Assembly (NCBI RefSeq): GCF_006345805.1
Contig: NC_042998.1
Coordinates: 102,548,001 to 102,612,000 of the forward strand
Reading direction: 5' to 3'
Source: Octopus sinensis
Lineage: Eukaryota
Length of the DNA: 64,000 bases
Below are positions 24,133 through 37,480 of this stretch, piece by piece. How positions within the stretch are numbered: position 1 is the stretch's first letter; each line of letters begins with the position of its first letter. Under the pieces are notes generated by a model. It ran no database searches. It worked only from the letters and a program-made list of their open reading frames with translations, and was not told the origin of the DNA. The position numbers were made by a program, and so were the translations under genes.

Positions 24133-24429
24133 AATGCAAAGAAATATAACGGTTTATAAATCAATCACAAAAATTGTATTCACTCAAACACAGCTGAAAA
24201 ACTGAGAACTAGATCAGCTCAGTCTGCTCAAGTCACTCTGTTGTTAGACCAGTGAGAATTATCATTTTCTCTTTGGTTGTTATGGAATAGCTGTTCATAG
24301 ATTCTTAAATTACTAATTAGCAGACTACTTTTAGGACTTTTCACATATTAGAAGAGCATTACCTATTCAATCTGTACGTTATTATTTCCTAAATTCTCTT
24401 CTTTCTCAATTCGTCAGACAGTTTTTCAT

Positions 24430-24900
24430 TCGATATTTGAAGGACTGCAGACTTCATATAATGCTAGATGACTTTATCGCATGTCGCATGTCTTACACAA
24501 TTTCTTCCTGCTTATATTTTGCTTCTCTGCTGCTGTCACCAAACCCTTGTTTATGTACCATCCAAGTCCATGGCGTAGAGCTACTGGGTGCAGTTGTAAA
24601 TGGTTCCTTTCATCTTCAGTCACTAGTACTAAGTAATAAGCGTCTTTTCTCTTATTCTTTGAGTTGCCGCCGATAGTGTGACGGCTGCTGCTTTTGAAGC
24701 AACAACTTTTAGGACAGGCCATACGTTTTGCTGTTTTACGTGTAGCAAGCGTTTCTTTTTGTGCATGTAAAATTTTGTACTTCTGAATTCCCGCATGCCC
24801 GTCGTAGATTAATTAGAAGAACTGGTATTTGAACTGGTATTTTAAGACCCTCTCCTGCCACAGACTATTCCCTGTCACATCGGCGATCACTAATTTCTTG
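24430..24900 (-). pseudogene. Highly decayed Gypsy-type LTR retrotransposon integrase remnant
   Basis: LIYDGHAGIQKYKILHAQKETL...CPKSCC resembles the H2C2 zinc-binding region; YLVLV, ALRHGL and KLCKTCDMR resemble the integrase core (YLVIVD, FARHGIP, FCKTWDIRH). Confidence 0.5.
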
Positions 24901-25539
24901 GACTGTGACACAAATGCATCAGGACTACAAATAAACTGTTCACCGTCGCCTCTTCCTATAATACTTCTTCTGCATCGTCAATGTATTACAGAATCACTTT
25001 TTAAGCAGGTGTATGGGCATTGAATTCGACCTGCACCGTGTCATAGTCCTCAGTTTGAAGATAAGCATATCCCTTCATATCCACTGAACAAACATCGCGT
25101 ATAGATTCTATCGGGGCTTTCATTTACATGTTACTTTCAAGTTATTGATAACTTTAGTTTTCGTAAAGGACATGTCTGTTGTGTTTCTCTTTTTCCATTG
25201 CTACTTACTTTATGTAATGAAATTTTCTCGTTTTTAAATCGAAATTTAACTTTGGGAATTCGGGTATGTATATTTACTACATTGCCATTCTTATATATTT
25301 TAGCTTGCATATATTTATCTTAAAAATTGTCTTCCCGTATTCAAATTTATTTCGACAATTTCTTTGGGTGAAATGTAGTGCCTTTCTTGTTTGTAGTAAT
25401 TAGTGATCATTTAACATAATGAAAACTATAAGCTCAGGGGAGAATTTGAATAAAATTTAATATCTAAATTGGAATATTTATTCCAATGGTACTTGCCAAG
25501 TATATATATATAAACAGTACTTCATTATTGGTGATAAAA

Positions 25540-25680
25540 AGGTGGCGAGCTTTCAGAATCGTTTCCACGCCGGGCAAAATGCTTGGCGACATACTGTCCG
25601 GCTTTACGTTTTGCCTTTTGGGGTCGATAAGATAAGTACCAGTTGGGTACTGGTGTCGATATAATCGACTTACATCCATC
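25540..25680 (+). mobile_element. SINE family 1 copy (internally deleted)
   Basis: AGGTGGCGAGCTTTCAGAATCGTT..CACGCCGGGCAAAATGCTT...GGGGTCGATAAGATAAGTACCAGTT. Confidence 0.7.
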
Positions 25681-27464
25681 CTCAAACTTTTATATGACTA
25701 TTGATGAAATAATCAGTATTACTTTAAAATTTGTGATTTGCATACACACAGTTAAAAGCCTTCTAAAAAGTGGTGTCTGTCTTGAGAAAATATCTCATAG
25801 ATATAGTGTTGAAAGTTTAGTAAAATATCAGCAGCAGGTGAAGGTCGCTTAGAATTGGTAGTAAATTGCTGGATATGGATTTCTGCTTGTCAGGTTCTTC
25901 AACAGTAAATATGTCAAGAAATTTGTCAAGCAAGTATTATGCTGCTTACTGATGGCTTTCAATAATATACACATCGTAATTGTGTATACAGATCACCAAT
26001 TCCGAGTTGTTTTCGTTGCATATAAGGAATTTTTGTTTAGTCTGCCAGCGAAATGCAACGTCTATTACCTTTTAATTACTGTTTATCAATATCACCTGTA
26101 CGGCAAAGTAAACGAGAATAATATCTGAAAAGTTCACTAATATAAAATACTATAAGAGAAAATCTCTCTCTCTCCCTCTTTCACACACTCTCTCTCTCAC
26201 TCACTATCACACAGACAGACAGACACACACACACACACACACACATTCTCTCTCTCAAACACATGCATACACACGCATGAAATAATCTCGTCACTAAATA
26301 CAACGGACTAGAGATGCAATATAAAAATATGTGGCTTCTGCAAACGAAAACAATGTGTCATTATGTCGCTCTAATATTTGATAAACACAGATGACAAATG
26401 CATAGGGAACATGGCTAAATGATGAAACACAACACTGATTAGCACGGTACACATAATACGAAAACACCCAGAAATTAACGATAACGCCAGTTCAATGCTT
26501 GCGTAGGGCATGGTTGGTAACCGTAAACTGGCAATATACGTGAGTACATAGACAAGTCGCAATTGTTCACTCAACGAAATATCCAATCTTCGTTATCACA
26601 ATGCTACTTAAGTGATACGCTGTCGATTTAGGTGAACAATTCTAAACAGCATTGTGGATGAAGGAGTTAGTGTTAGCATGCAAACAGATACCGAAAGCAT
26701 ATTGCGGATGAACAGATTCACCAATCTATCACATTAGACTGCTAGTTCGTTTATCGACCACAATACAAAGAAAAGCAAATTTAGGCTCAGTAGCATTTCA
26801 CCTATTAAAAGAGGCACCCTTTCTCATGTCCTAGCGGCTTCAATTCTCCACCGATTTTATAAAACACTTGAATACAAACCAAGCAAAGTGAGGCAAGACA
26901 ATTATTTAATTTCTCTAACTTTATTTTGTACTAGCATTAAAGACCCGTCGTTGCCGGGTCATAGTGCTAGTGCATGTATATATGTTTATATATGTGTACA
27001 TATTACATGTACATCTATATATATATATACATCTACACATAAAATGCAAAATACAAAGTTATATCTTGATATCGCTAGTGATAACAATACTCAAAATATA
27101 TAACAGACTGGAATTGTTAGCTCTTCTTTTTTCTCCACATTATATACTTTATCGACAATAGTCTTTTCTTTAATTTAATTTTTTATTATCCATCTGGACT
27201 ATTCCATTTCTGCACGCTAATTATATTTTTAACTTATTGCCATTCATGTGAAACCACTTATTCAAGTTCACATCACTGATGCAATTTCATACCAATTGCT
27301 ATTTTTACTTTTGTATGTTACGATTATATTATACTTTAGTTTGATTTTAATTATTACTTACTACATATAATTCAATTGTTATTATTATTATTATTAGTAT
27401 TATTATTGTTAAAGTGAAAGCATCTGACATAAAATAGAGAAATATTTTTGTTTCACTTTTAACA

Positions 27465-27815
27465 CGTAATACTGAAATAGGGGAGAAGATATGATATTGC
27501 TATGGGCTCGCTCTAGGCAAGAAGTTGAACATTTTTTTTGCCCATGAAACTACATGGACCCTAAGTAAGGCATGTGTAAAATCTGAATGAAATTGGTTAT
27601 GTACTTCTCAGGTTTTAGGGAATCGTAGTGGAGAAGATATGATATTGCTGTGGGCTCGCCCTAGGCAAAAAGTTAAAATTGTTTTGCCGATGACACTCCC
27701 CGGACCCTACGTAAGGCATGTGTAAAATTTGAATGAAATTAGTTGTGTAGTTCTCAAGTTTTAGGGAAACACACAGACAGACAGACACACATTCTCAGTT
27801 TTATATATATAAAGA
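27465..27815 (+). mobile_element. Non-autonomous Helitron/HINE-like element with an internal ~150-bp tandem duplication
   Basis: GGAGAAGATATGATATTGCT.TGGGCTCGC.CTAGGCAA...GTAAGGCATGTGTAAAAT.TGAATGAAATT occurs twice; ends in (ACAG)n...TTTTATATATATAAAGA. Confidence 0.5.
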
Positions 27816-28075
27816 TTAATGCACCTCACAACAACAAATTTTATATATCCGTACGTATAACAATCGATATTCTGTTGAATTTATGGCATGTAAAATTTAT
27901 GTATATATTTATGCATATATTTCACAATACTGAATACATACATCACATCACGAATTTAACAAACTTCCATTTTTTTGAGATTTCGTATCAGAAGGCCTTT
28001 TATTACAAAAAGATGTATTAGGTACAGATTATTTTTGTTAGTATATTGAAATGTTGAATATCCGTCAGTATATAT

Positions 28076-28076
28076 T

Positions 28077-28162
<86 letters not shown>

Positions 28163-28214
28163 AATCTATCTATCTATCTATCTAGCTAGCTAGCTATCTA
28201 TCTATCTATCTATC

Positions 28215-28215
<1 letters not shown>
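28076..28215. repeat. (TCTA)n microsatellite
   Basis: Direct reading. Confidence 0.97.
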
Positions 28216-28269
<54 letters not shown>

Positions 28270-28276
28270 CAATTTA

Positions 28277-28561
28277 GGGTATCAAAGAGATACCACCACG
28301 CTGAAAATAGCAGTCAAATCCTGACTCTAGAACCATATTAAATGTTCATACAGCACGAGGAGAGGAGACAAAAGGACAAAATAAACTATTAAAGAATTAC
28401 TGGATAATTATGCTACTGATAGTAACATAAATACACATATCTATACCTATAACATACGAATACGAATGTTATTCTCTCCTGGTGCTGTATGAACATTTAA
28501 TGTGGTTTCAGAGTCTGGTTTTGACTGCTATTTTCAGCGTGGTGGTATCTCTTTGATACCC
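28277..28561. mobile_element. MITE with ~90-bp TIRs and TA target duplication (Tc1/mariner/pogo-type)
   Basis: TA-GGGTATCAAAGAGATACCACCACGCTGAAAATAGCAGTCAAA... and ...TTTGACTGCTATTTTCAGCGTGGTGGTATCTCTTTGATACCC-TA. Confidence 0.85.
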
Positions 28562-28705
28562 TACATAATAATTTTAATAATAATTATTACCTTTGAAGTT
28601 TTTTTTTCCCCATACTCACCACTTGATAAGATCGATATTTAAATTAACGATCTTATCCTTCTTTATAGAAATATATATACGTATATACATATATATATAT
28701 ATATA

Positions 28706-29935
28706 CGAGGGGCGTTCAATAAGTAATGCTCCTGACCCACTTCCCATAGCTGTAGAGCAACGAAACTTGGCACAGTGATTAGGCTTCTTCTACATAGGAA
28801 CCACCCAGGGTTACGCATTTCTCCCATCCTTTGGTGCAGCTCTAGAGACCGATTTTGTAGAAGACCCTAGCTTGGTCCTCCAACCACGACGTGACTTCAG
28901 AAATCAAGGCTGCATCATCTGGGAAACGCTTTCCTTTCAAAAACAACTTCATGGCTGGGAAGAGGTGAAAGTCAGAGGGTGCAAGATCAGGAAAGTAGGG
29001 GGATGGGGGAGGAGTTCATAGCCGCACGCCTGTGCTTTTGATCTGGCGACACGCGAGTTGTGGACCGGAGCGTTGTCCTGCAGGAGGAGGATGCCTTTGC
29101 TGATCTTGCCCCGCCTCTTGATTTTAATAGCTTCTCTTAATTTCCTCAAAAGTGAAGCATAATAGGCTCCTGTAATTGTGGTACGTTTTGCCAGGAAATC
29201 TGTCGTCACTACTCCGTCCTGGTCCCAGAAAACTGTGAGCATGTCCTTGCCAGCGGAGGGCTGCACCCTTGCCTTCTTTGTAGGAGGTGAGTCACGGTGC
29301 TGCCACTGCATTGACTGGGCTTTGGTCTCTGGATCATAGTAATGGACCCAGGTTTTATCCTGTGTAATCAGTCTTTTGAAAACTTTTGACTCATCTTCTT
29401 GGCATATCTCCAAATTCATCCTCGAGCACTCGACGCGTTCTTGCTTCTGGAAATGTGTGAGAAACCTGGGAATCCATCTGGCAGACACCTTTTGCATATG
29501 CAAATGGTCATGAGTGATAGTTTCCACAGACCCGGTACTAATCTTGACTTCATGGGCTATTTGGCGAATAGTTATGCGTCGATCTTCGAAAATGGCAGCC
29601 TCAACTTGACCGACAGATGCCCCATCAATGGCAGAAGAAGTGCGACCAGATCTGGGAGCTGTTTCCACAGAGTTCCGACCATGTTTGAATTCACGATGCC
29701 AGCGTTTTACAAGGTCATATGATGGGGCATCATCACCATAAGTTACTTTCATTTCATCAAAAGTCTCCCGTGGTGTGCGTCCTTTCAAATACAAAAACCG
29801 GATCACTGCTCGACACTCAAGAAGCTCCATTTCACAATTGACTCAGTTCAAACACCTGTAATTCAGGAACCACAATTAGTTCAGAGCTGTAATTTCCAAC
29901 CTAATCTATAGAGATATAAATAATAGCACATGAAC
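28706..29935 (-). mobile_element. Mariner DNA transposon (irritans/Hsmar2-like); only one TIR found
   Basis: TA-CGAGGGGCGTTCAATAAGTAATG TIR at 28706; no matching TIR seen near 29940. Confidence 0.9.
28779..29830 (-). pseudogene. Mariner DD34D transposase with a frameshift (~28990) and a late in-frame stop
   Basis: HTH region, LITQDKTWVHYYDPETKAQSMQW, QPSAGKDMLTVFWD, LLQDNAPVH, LLPHPP(Y)xPDLAPSDFHLF, GSYVEE. Confidence 0.92.
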
Positions 29936-30419
29936 TTATGTCGACATCAAAATGCACAAAAAAACTTTTAGCTGACCGCTCTCAAGGAGCCCATGGCGAT
30001 AATGAGTGTCTCTTTATAATGAGTGACGTCAGAGTGGCTGAATGTAGAAGAATCTAGAAGTTTCTAAAGGTTCAAGAGTTCAAACGAAGTAGGAGGAGAG
30101 AGGCATAAGAATAGTAAGGTGAGAGACTGCAGGTCAAAAGAATGGTGGGTTTAAATGATTCCTTTTGTGAATGAGTGCCTGTGTGTGTGACTGTATATAA
30201 CTGTCTTAATGTGTGTATGTGTGTGTCTGAATGCGTGATTGTGTTTGTGGATGGGTAGATGTCAGAAAACTGACAGCTGTGAGATGAAAGATCTGTGTCT
30301 GTGTGTTCGATTATGTTTACTGTATAGAAAGGAAAGTAGATAGCGAAAGGGAGAAAGAATCGGGCGAGGTGAGAGGCAACGCAAGAATGGATAGTAGTAA
30401 TTGGGAATATAAGAAAATC

Positions 30420-30627
30420 TTTTTGACTAATGGGGTGAAGTATAGAAAAAGAACTTTTTCATATTTTGTTCGCCAAAGGCCCTTTAATAAGCACAATCGT
30501 CGAAAGATCCTACAGGTGCTTACACTGGAAAAGACACACCTTTCACTCATATAAATAGTGACTAATATAGATAACCCCTCGATTTCCCAAAAAATTTTTT
30601 CCTATACTTCACCCCAATAGTCAAAAA
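30420..30627. repeat. ~35-40-bp inverted repeat with ~130-bp spacer (possible mini-MITE)
   Basis: TTTTTGACTAATGGGGTGAAGTATAGAAAAA vs TTTTTCCTATACTTCACCCCAATAGTCAAAAA. Confidence 0.7.
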
Positions 30628-31889
30628 CACAACATCACATATCCGACAATCAACCGTCCTTTCTTTTTTGGTTCGGCCGTCGTCCGTGCAATATCTATAT
30701 TCCCCCTGTGACTGTGAAATCTTGTATCCCTGCTGTAAGGCTTTACTTCCACACACGCCAGCTTAATTTAATTCGTCTTTAATCGAAATACACCTGTTGT
30801 TATGCCCTGTTATTCGTATTTGTGTAACATTCTCCGTTTTTTCGTCCTTGTTTTCGCAGACATTTGCTGCTTTCTTCTAAGGAATCTAATGCTCTCAGCT
30901 TAGTTTTTCCTTGGGCTAGCCAGATTGGAGCCATTTCGAGTATAACCAGCTGAAATTGCAATGATAACCTGGAACTCGACTGAGGAAAGAAAACTTCGAA
31001 TGACCCGTCCTTGTTTTCTTTGTAACGTCTATCTGGATACTTTGTTGTCCCTCTTTTGTATCACCTAACTGTCTAGATGTTTTGCGTTCTTGTCCCATTT
31101 TATATTATATATTATATTATATTATTGGCCTGCTCGCTTAGCCAGCGGGGTGGCGTCATTTGAAGGCTAAAACAATGCGAAGTGCATTGTGCCCAGTGAT
31201 GTGTAGCAACATCTGATAGCCTGGTCGGTCACGGTGATATTATATATATAATATATATATATATATATAATATATATATATATATATAATATATATATAT
31301 ACGCACACACACACAAACACGAATGTGTTAGTGTATTTGTATGGGTATTATATATATGCATATCAAAGTATATACATGTTCATATATATCAATATAGTAA
31401 GAGAAGAGAACATTGGTATAAATTGGTACTCTTTTATTCCAATTGTTACATATGTGATTATGTACGTATGTTAGTGTGTATGTATGTTTGTATGCAAGTA
31501 TGCATGAATGTATCTATGTATGTGAGTGTTTACGTATGTGTGTGCACGAGTCTGCGTGTGTGTATATATATATGTACATGTAGATGTATGTCCATGAATA
31601 GATATATGTGTATGTTCAAGTTGTATATCTAACTATTATTTTGTCGTAGATAGTGTGTGTAAATAGCTATATAAATACTCCATAATATAATTATAATATT
31701 CCATTAATATCATTTATTATCTGCAAAAATCTAGCGTATTCTCTAACAGCTGTTTCAATTTACCTTAAAAGATTAAATTACAATAATTAAATAATTGTAT
31801 TATGCCTAATACGACGATTTAATTATTGTAATGTAATAGTTTAGGCTAAATTGAAACAGCTCTAAGTAAAGATTTGGGATTTTCGCTAG

Positions 31890-32031
31890 TAGGCGGATGA
31901 GTGGGTGTGTGGTAAGTAGCTTCCTTACTAATCACGTGGTTCTGGGTGCAGTCCCACTGCATGGCACTTAGGCCAGTGTCTTTTACTAAAACCTCGGACC
32001 GACCAACGCCCTGTGTGTGGATTTCGTAGGC

Positions 32032-32062
<31 letters not shown>

Positions 32063-32280
32063 GGCATATGTTTGTGCGTCTGTGTTTATCCCCCCACCAT
32101 CGCTTGACAAATGATGTTTGTGAGTTTACTTCCCCATAACTTAACGCTACAGCAAAAGGGCCCGATAGAATAAGCACAAGGCTTACAAAGAATAAGTCCT
32201 GGGGTAGGTTGCTTCGACCAAAGTTGGTGCTCCAGCATTATCGTATTTAAATAACTAAAACAAATAAAAGAATAAAAGAA
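31890..32280 (+). mobile_element. tRNA-derived SINE family 2, near full length
   Basis: GTGTGGTAAGTAGCTTCCTTACTAATCACGTGGTTCTGGGTGCAGTCCCACTGC head, central (TA)/(TG) tract, CCGATAGAATAAGCAC..GGCTTACAAAGAATAAGTC, (AAAGAAT)n tail. Confidence 0.8.
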
Positions 32281-32559
32281 TAATAAATTATATTAATGCT
32301 ATATATCCACATTCTAAATATTCTTTTGAATAGTTATACACCAATATTTGAATTTAGACCTATTTAAAGAATATTATTATTATTCACAGGAAACATTAGG
32401 GAATGAACCAGTAACTCATTTGATATTACTATCCTTTGATGAGGCTATTTTAGCCTCTAACTGAATGTATGAACGTCCAGCGTTTGCCGAAAAACCTGCA
32501 CAAATTATTTGTTTATATTGATTAAATATCTGCTGTATATTAGCACCCTGCCTCTATCA

Positions 32560-32733
32560 ATACGACGTTGCCACAAAAGGTGTACGGCGTACAACATGTC
32601 ATGTGTCCAAGGGATGGCAGAGCCGCGTGAAGTGAAGTGTTTTCGTCAGAAAAACAACGCTCCACTCGGTCTAGGAATTGAAATCATGTTCTAGCGATCG
32701 TGAATGCAACACAGTAGCCACTAGGTCATGCTT
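32560..32733 (-). mobile_element. Decayed tRNA-derived SINE family 3 copy
   Basis: Reverse complement resembles the head of the copy at 43005 (CTAGTGG...TCACGATCG...TTCAATTCC..GACCG). Confidence 0.55.
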
Positions 32734-32764
32734 CCTAATATTCTTTGACTTTTTTCAGTCATTT

Positions 32765-32946
32765 CACTGCGGGAATGCTGGAACACCACCCTAAGTTGAA
32801 GTGATCGACCGCAGTATTTATTCTTTGTAAGCCTAATATTTATTCTTTCGATTTATTTTGCCGCACCGGTATGTTACGTGGCATAAACACATCAGCATCG
32901 GTTGGCAAGCGATGATGGAGGGACAAACACACACACACATACACAC

Positions 32947-32986
<40 letters not shown>

Positions 32987-33150
32987 ATAGATATATTAGA
33001 CTGGCGTTTTCCAGTTTCCGTCTACCAAATCCATTTACAATGCTTTGCTCAGTCCGGGGCTAGAGTAAATGACACTTGCCAAGGGAGTCACACACTGCGA
33101 CTGAACCCGGAACCATGTGATTGGTAAGCAGGCTTCTTACCACACAGTCT
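32765..33150 (-). mobile_element. SINE family 2 copy
   Basis: Reverse complement matches 31890-32280. Confidence 0.75.
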
Positions 33151-33161
33151 CGCCCGCGAAA

Positions 33162-33216
<55 letters not shown>

Positions 33217-33224
33217 GTCACGCA

Positions 33225-33548
33225 TATCTCAGTGGTTATAGAGATGGGCTCACAATCGTGCGATACTGAATTCAATTCCTGGACTGTGTGTTCTGTTCTT
33301 AAGCAAGACGCATTATTTCACGCTGTTCTAGTTCTCTCATGTGTAGAAATGAGATGCGACGTCACTAGTGCCAACCTGTATCAACCTTTGCCTTGGATAA
33401 CATCAGTGGCATGGAGAAAGGAGGTTTGTATGCATGGAAGACTACTGGTCTTCCATAAGAAACCTTGCCCAGCCTTGAGCCTTGGGGGGGAACTTTCTAG
33501 GTGCAATTCCATGGTCGGCCATGACCTAAGGATGTATTTACCCATTAC
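33225..33548 (+). mobile_element. tRNA-derived SINE family 3 copy
   Basis: Collinear with 43005-43343 along its whole length. Confidence 0.75.
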
Positions 33549-34450
33549 CCTTTATATATATCCCCTCTCTCTCACACACACACTCACACATATTGTTTTT
33601 GAACACAATGCGTCCATAAGAGGCATTATCATGTGACGAATATGGCAGTAAATTTATATATCACGATGTATGAAACATGAATATCTATTTTAAACTAATG
33701 CTGACCCACTTGCACATAACAGACTTTTATTTGACCAAGCGCCTGTTCCCTATGCCATTGAATGTTTCATCATTGTTTCCTATATACTGGTAAATAGAGT
33801 GAGGCAGAAATGTGTGTATCATTCTCATTTACAGCTGCTGAGACGATTTTATTTTTCCTCCGATATATATTGTTTTAAAACACGGCCTCTTATCCAAACG
33901 AAAACCACAGTAAATTTGAATATCACAATGTATGCATATTAAGTATTATACATAGATGTGTGTGTGTACGTACGTGTGCCTGTGGATGTTGAAAAGTCCT
34001 TCATAGTGTGTTAGCAACATATTTGCACACCCAGCATCAGCCAAATCCGTCAGTCTCTACACCTTATCTTAAAAGCTAGCGCTATATTTTCATTCAATAT
34101 ACACTTTCCTGGTCGATGGAGCAAGCGATCTTATACATAAAGGAATGATGGTTCACGTCACTGTTTGCTTATAATGTATATGAATTCTCTTACCCACTCT
34201 CCGCCTCTGTTTGCTTATTTACATTGCGTTGATATTACCTTGGTGAGCACTTTTCTGCATCTCAGATGGCTACCTTGCAACATTCGTAAATATGCTAAAT
34301 GTTTATTTTCCGGAAATGCGATAACCGTTTCACATGCCTCCCAACAATTTTGTTCGTTTACGTCATGTATTTTACCGAGACTATGTTAGGTGAAAAGTAA
34401 AACCCCAAAACACGTTTTTACGTATAATAATCGGAGAAGAAAGTGATGTG

Positions 34451-35894
34451 TAGGGAAAACCGGGGCAAGATGAACCACTGGTGTAAAACGAATCAGCTCC
34501 ATTTTAGACATCTAAATGTGACTTAACCGTCGTGAACGCTTTATAATTCAAGGTTACTTCCCTTCCATCTCAAATCCCGAAACGTTTCATTCTGGCAACA
34601 GTTTTCACAACACAAGAAGAAAAATACTGAAATTCAAGTCTTCAATGTAAGTATTGCTTTCAAATACATAATGTAAATGAAATAAATACCAACACCTTAG
34701 GTAAGTATGGCCTATCATGTTTTGAAACATTTCAAATGTCAATGTTTACGCAACAACAGCCTTGAATTTTACATTAGGTTTGGATACAGATCAGACATTT
34801 TTTGCTGTAATCTGAATGGAGCAAAACGGACCAAATGGTGTATTTTATTTGTGTGTGTGTGCGTATGGGTTTATGTTTTTGTGTATGTATGCACATGTGT
34901 GTGCATGTGTAAGTACATGTGTGCGTGCAGGGGTGTGTGTGCAGGGGTGTGATCGTCGATGTCTGTGTACGTGTGAGCGCGCATGGGTTTTATCTCACTT
35001 TCTTAATCCCATTTTGTTTATTATTTTCAGATGGGGAGAAATTTCATTCGTAAAACTGGAAGAGGCTCTTAGTTTCCAGATAACCTATAGGCAGTCATGC
35101 AATCTGTCCGACTAGGAAGTTCTCTTCGCCAGACAGCAAAGCAATGTGAAGTCCCCAAGACAGCAATGAAGAGACACCTGGAAGGCAAGGTGTCTTCTCC
35201 TGGCCAGATTTCCTTAGGTCATTTTCAGCCAATAATAAAGAATTTTGATGTGGAACTGCTAGAGTACTGCGTCTACCTGCAACGGACGTTTTATGGTCTC
35301 ACTTCAAGAGGTTTGCGTTCGTTGGCTTTTGAGGTTACTGAGACCAACATTGTCCCCCATAAATTTAAGAAATAAGGGAAGCTGTAGCTGACTAGCTGGT
35401 TTGGTTTTTAAAGCGTTACCAACACTGAGCTTGTGCATTGCTCAGCCAACGAGTATTGGACGTGCTGCAGTATTCAACAGGATAAAAGTTGGCAGATTTT
35501 TTGATGTTCTGATAGAAGTTTACTAGCAACACCATTTCACAGCTGGTCAGATTTTCAACATAGATCGAATAGATCTGTCTTCAGTGCAGAGAGTTCCAAA
35601 CTTCATCTCACTGAAGGAAGTGAAGCAGATTGGACGAATTGTTAGTGCTGAGAAAGGACGAACTGTGACAGCTGTATGTGCAATGAGCGTCACCGGGCAT
35701 TTCAGATCACCTACATTTATCTTCAAGAGAAAGTGCATAGCCGACCCACTGTTTCGTGGAGTACCAGAAGGTTGAGTTGCTTATTGATGCGAAAATTGAT
35801 GGATTGATCTAGAAACATCTACTAAGTGTCTACGCCACTCCATTCAATATCGAACTTTTCCTATAGAGGGTCCGTTTTGCCTTGTCTTCCCCTA
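34451..35894 (+). mobile_element. Internally deleted pogo/Tigger-like DNA transposon
   Basis: Imperfect TIRs TAGGGAAAACCGGGGCAAGATG and CCGTTTTGCCTTGTCTTCCCCTA; decayed transposase inside. Confidence 0.7.
35031..35775 (+). pseudogene. Pogo-like transposase remnant (psq-like HTH, CENP-B HTH, start of DDE)
   Basis: MGRNFIRKTGRG...SLRQTAKQCEVPKTAMKRHL...FYGLTSRGLRSLAFE...WFGFLKRY...QIFNID...SAEKGRTVTAVCAMSVTGHFRSPTFIFKRK. Confidence 0.8.
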
Positions 35895-37230
35895 CTCTGC
35901 GGAAGGAGGAATATCGATGATAATGAAAATGTGTTTGTATTTGTGTGAATCAAGAGATAGAGATAGAGAGAGCAAGAGAGAGATAGAGAGAGATACACAT
36001 AGAAAGAGTGAGAATTGGTGGACGAGAGAAAGACACAGAGAGACAAATAGTTGTACTTTCTTTTCCACTTATGCTAGTGTTACGTTTGTATAGGATTACA
36101 TAATATTTCATATGACTACAATGTGTCTACGAGACCAGTCACTTATTCACATATGTTAAGTATGTTCTCGCTGCTATCGTTTTTGAGAATCTTTTTACTT
36201 AAATACATGTATTTGCTCTAGGAGTATATGCCACCTATGCATTATATGATCATACAGCACTAATATCTTCTCAAATAACGCATATTATTTACAAAAGTAT
36301 TAGATCTATGAAAACGGGGTCGTTAATATAAGATAATGATGATCATCGCTATGATGAAAATATCGTCGCAAGAGGTAATGGAAAATTTTAAGTGAAGTTG
36401 AATCTATTCATGGAGTATTTTAGGCAAGAATAGTTCGCATTCGGTAAACTTTGTGACAGTTTTGAACGTAGGTCAGTTATTACGATAGCAATGTCAGAGT
36501 AGTTTAACTCTAAACACATATCCTGTAATAAAATTTAGATAATTCCAGAATTATCTACTCTAAAGGACAGATTGGGAAATAAACTGAAAGAAATTGATCA
36601 TATAGTGATTTAAATCACGCTAGGTAAACTTAATTCACGCTAGGTAAACTTAATTCAAGGAAAATTATTACGATGCACTGACTTTTCGTATATTTCATTC
36701 TGTTAAATAGTTATAAATATTTGATTTAATCCTTCTTCATAACCATTTCTAGTCTACAGACACCACATTTCTCTCTTCCATTAATAATTGCACTACCAGT
36801 GGCAAACTGATTTCACAATTTTGTTTATACTTATGATTATTATCAGGTGTCAGACTCTAAATGATGATTAATATTTTTTTTCTATTTTGATTTATTCATT
36901 CATTCTGCGTTTCTCGCCCCATTCGTTAATTTAATTGTAATTTATCTTATTTAAATGTAACAGTTATTTAAAGAATATAAAAGAGTGTGTATTATATAAA
37001 GACGTGAAACAGAACTTCGAAATGCCGGCAGCATTGTATGTATCACTGTTTGTAGCGTGTAATGTAAACGCAAGTGAGCGTTGCACAAATTTCGAAGAAA
37101 TAGCACGCTGCTGTCTTCTGAATTATGTGTGCGTGTGTTTGTATGTACCGTATATTGAGTGTGTGTGTGGTCGGTGGGTCTATGAATTTACATGTTGGTG
37201 TATGTGCAAATATATATATACATATATATA

Positions 37231-37306
37231 TCTATTTTATATTTAGAGAAGCGCATTTCACGGCTCCTAAGCTTTACTACCATCCACTCGCTCACCCAAA
37301 CACAGG

Positions 37307-37382
<76 letters not shown>

Positions 37383-37480
37383 CATATACACACACATACA
37401 TACACATATGTATATGTGAGCGAGTCGAGGCTACTAAAGCTTAGGAGCCGTGAAATGTTGTTCTCTGAATATAAAACAGA
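37231..37480. mobile_element. Foldback element: ~65-bp inverted arms around a (CA)n(TA)n core
   Basis: CATTTCACGGCTCCTAAGCTTTA...CTCGCTCAC vs GTGAGCGAG...TAAAGCTTAGGAGCCGTGAAATG. Confidence 0.8.

Noticed and set aside
26340-26800. Non-repetitive-looking stretch considered as a host exon or conserved element
   Set aside because: No recognisable protein motif, no convincing splice-bounded ORF, and no second copy in the window.
29940-30300. Possible LTR fragment replacing the missing mariner TIR
   Set aside because: Only a vague resemblance (TGACGTCA, AGAATCTAGAAG); no TG...CA boundaries or partner LTR.
30985-31020. CTGAGGA-AAG-AAAA-CTT-CGAA as a hammerhead remnant in a pLTR-like repeat
   Set aside because: GAAA is incomplete and stem I is unpaired; too degenerate to call.
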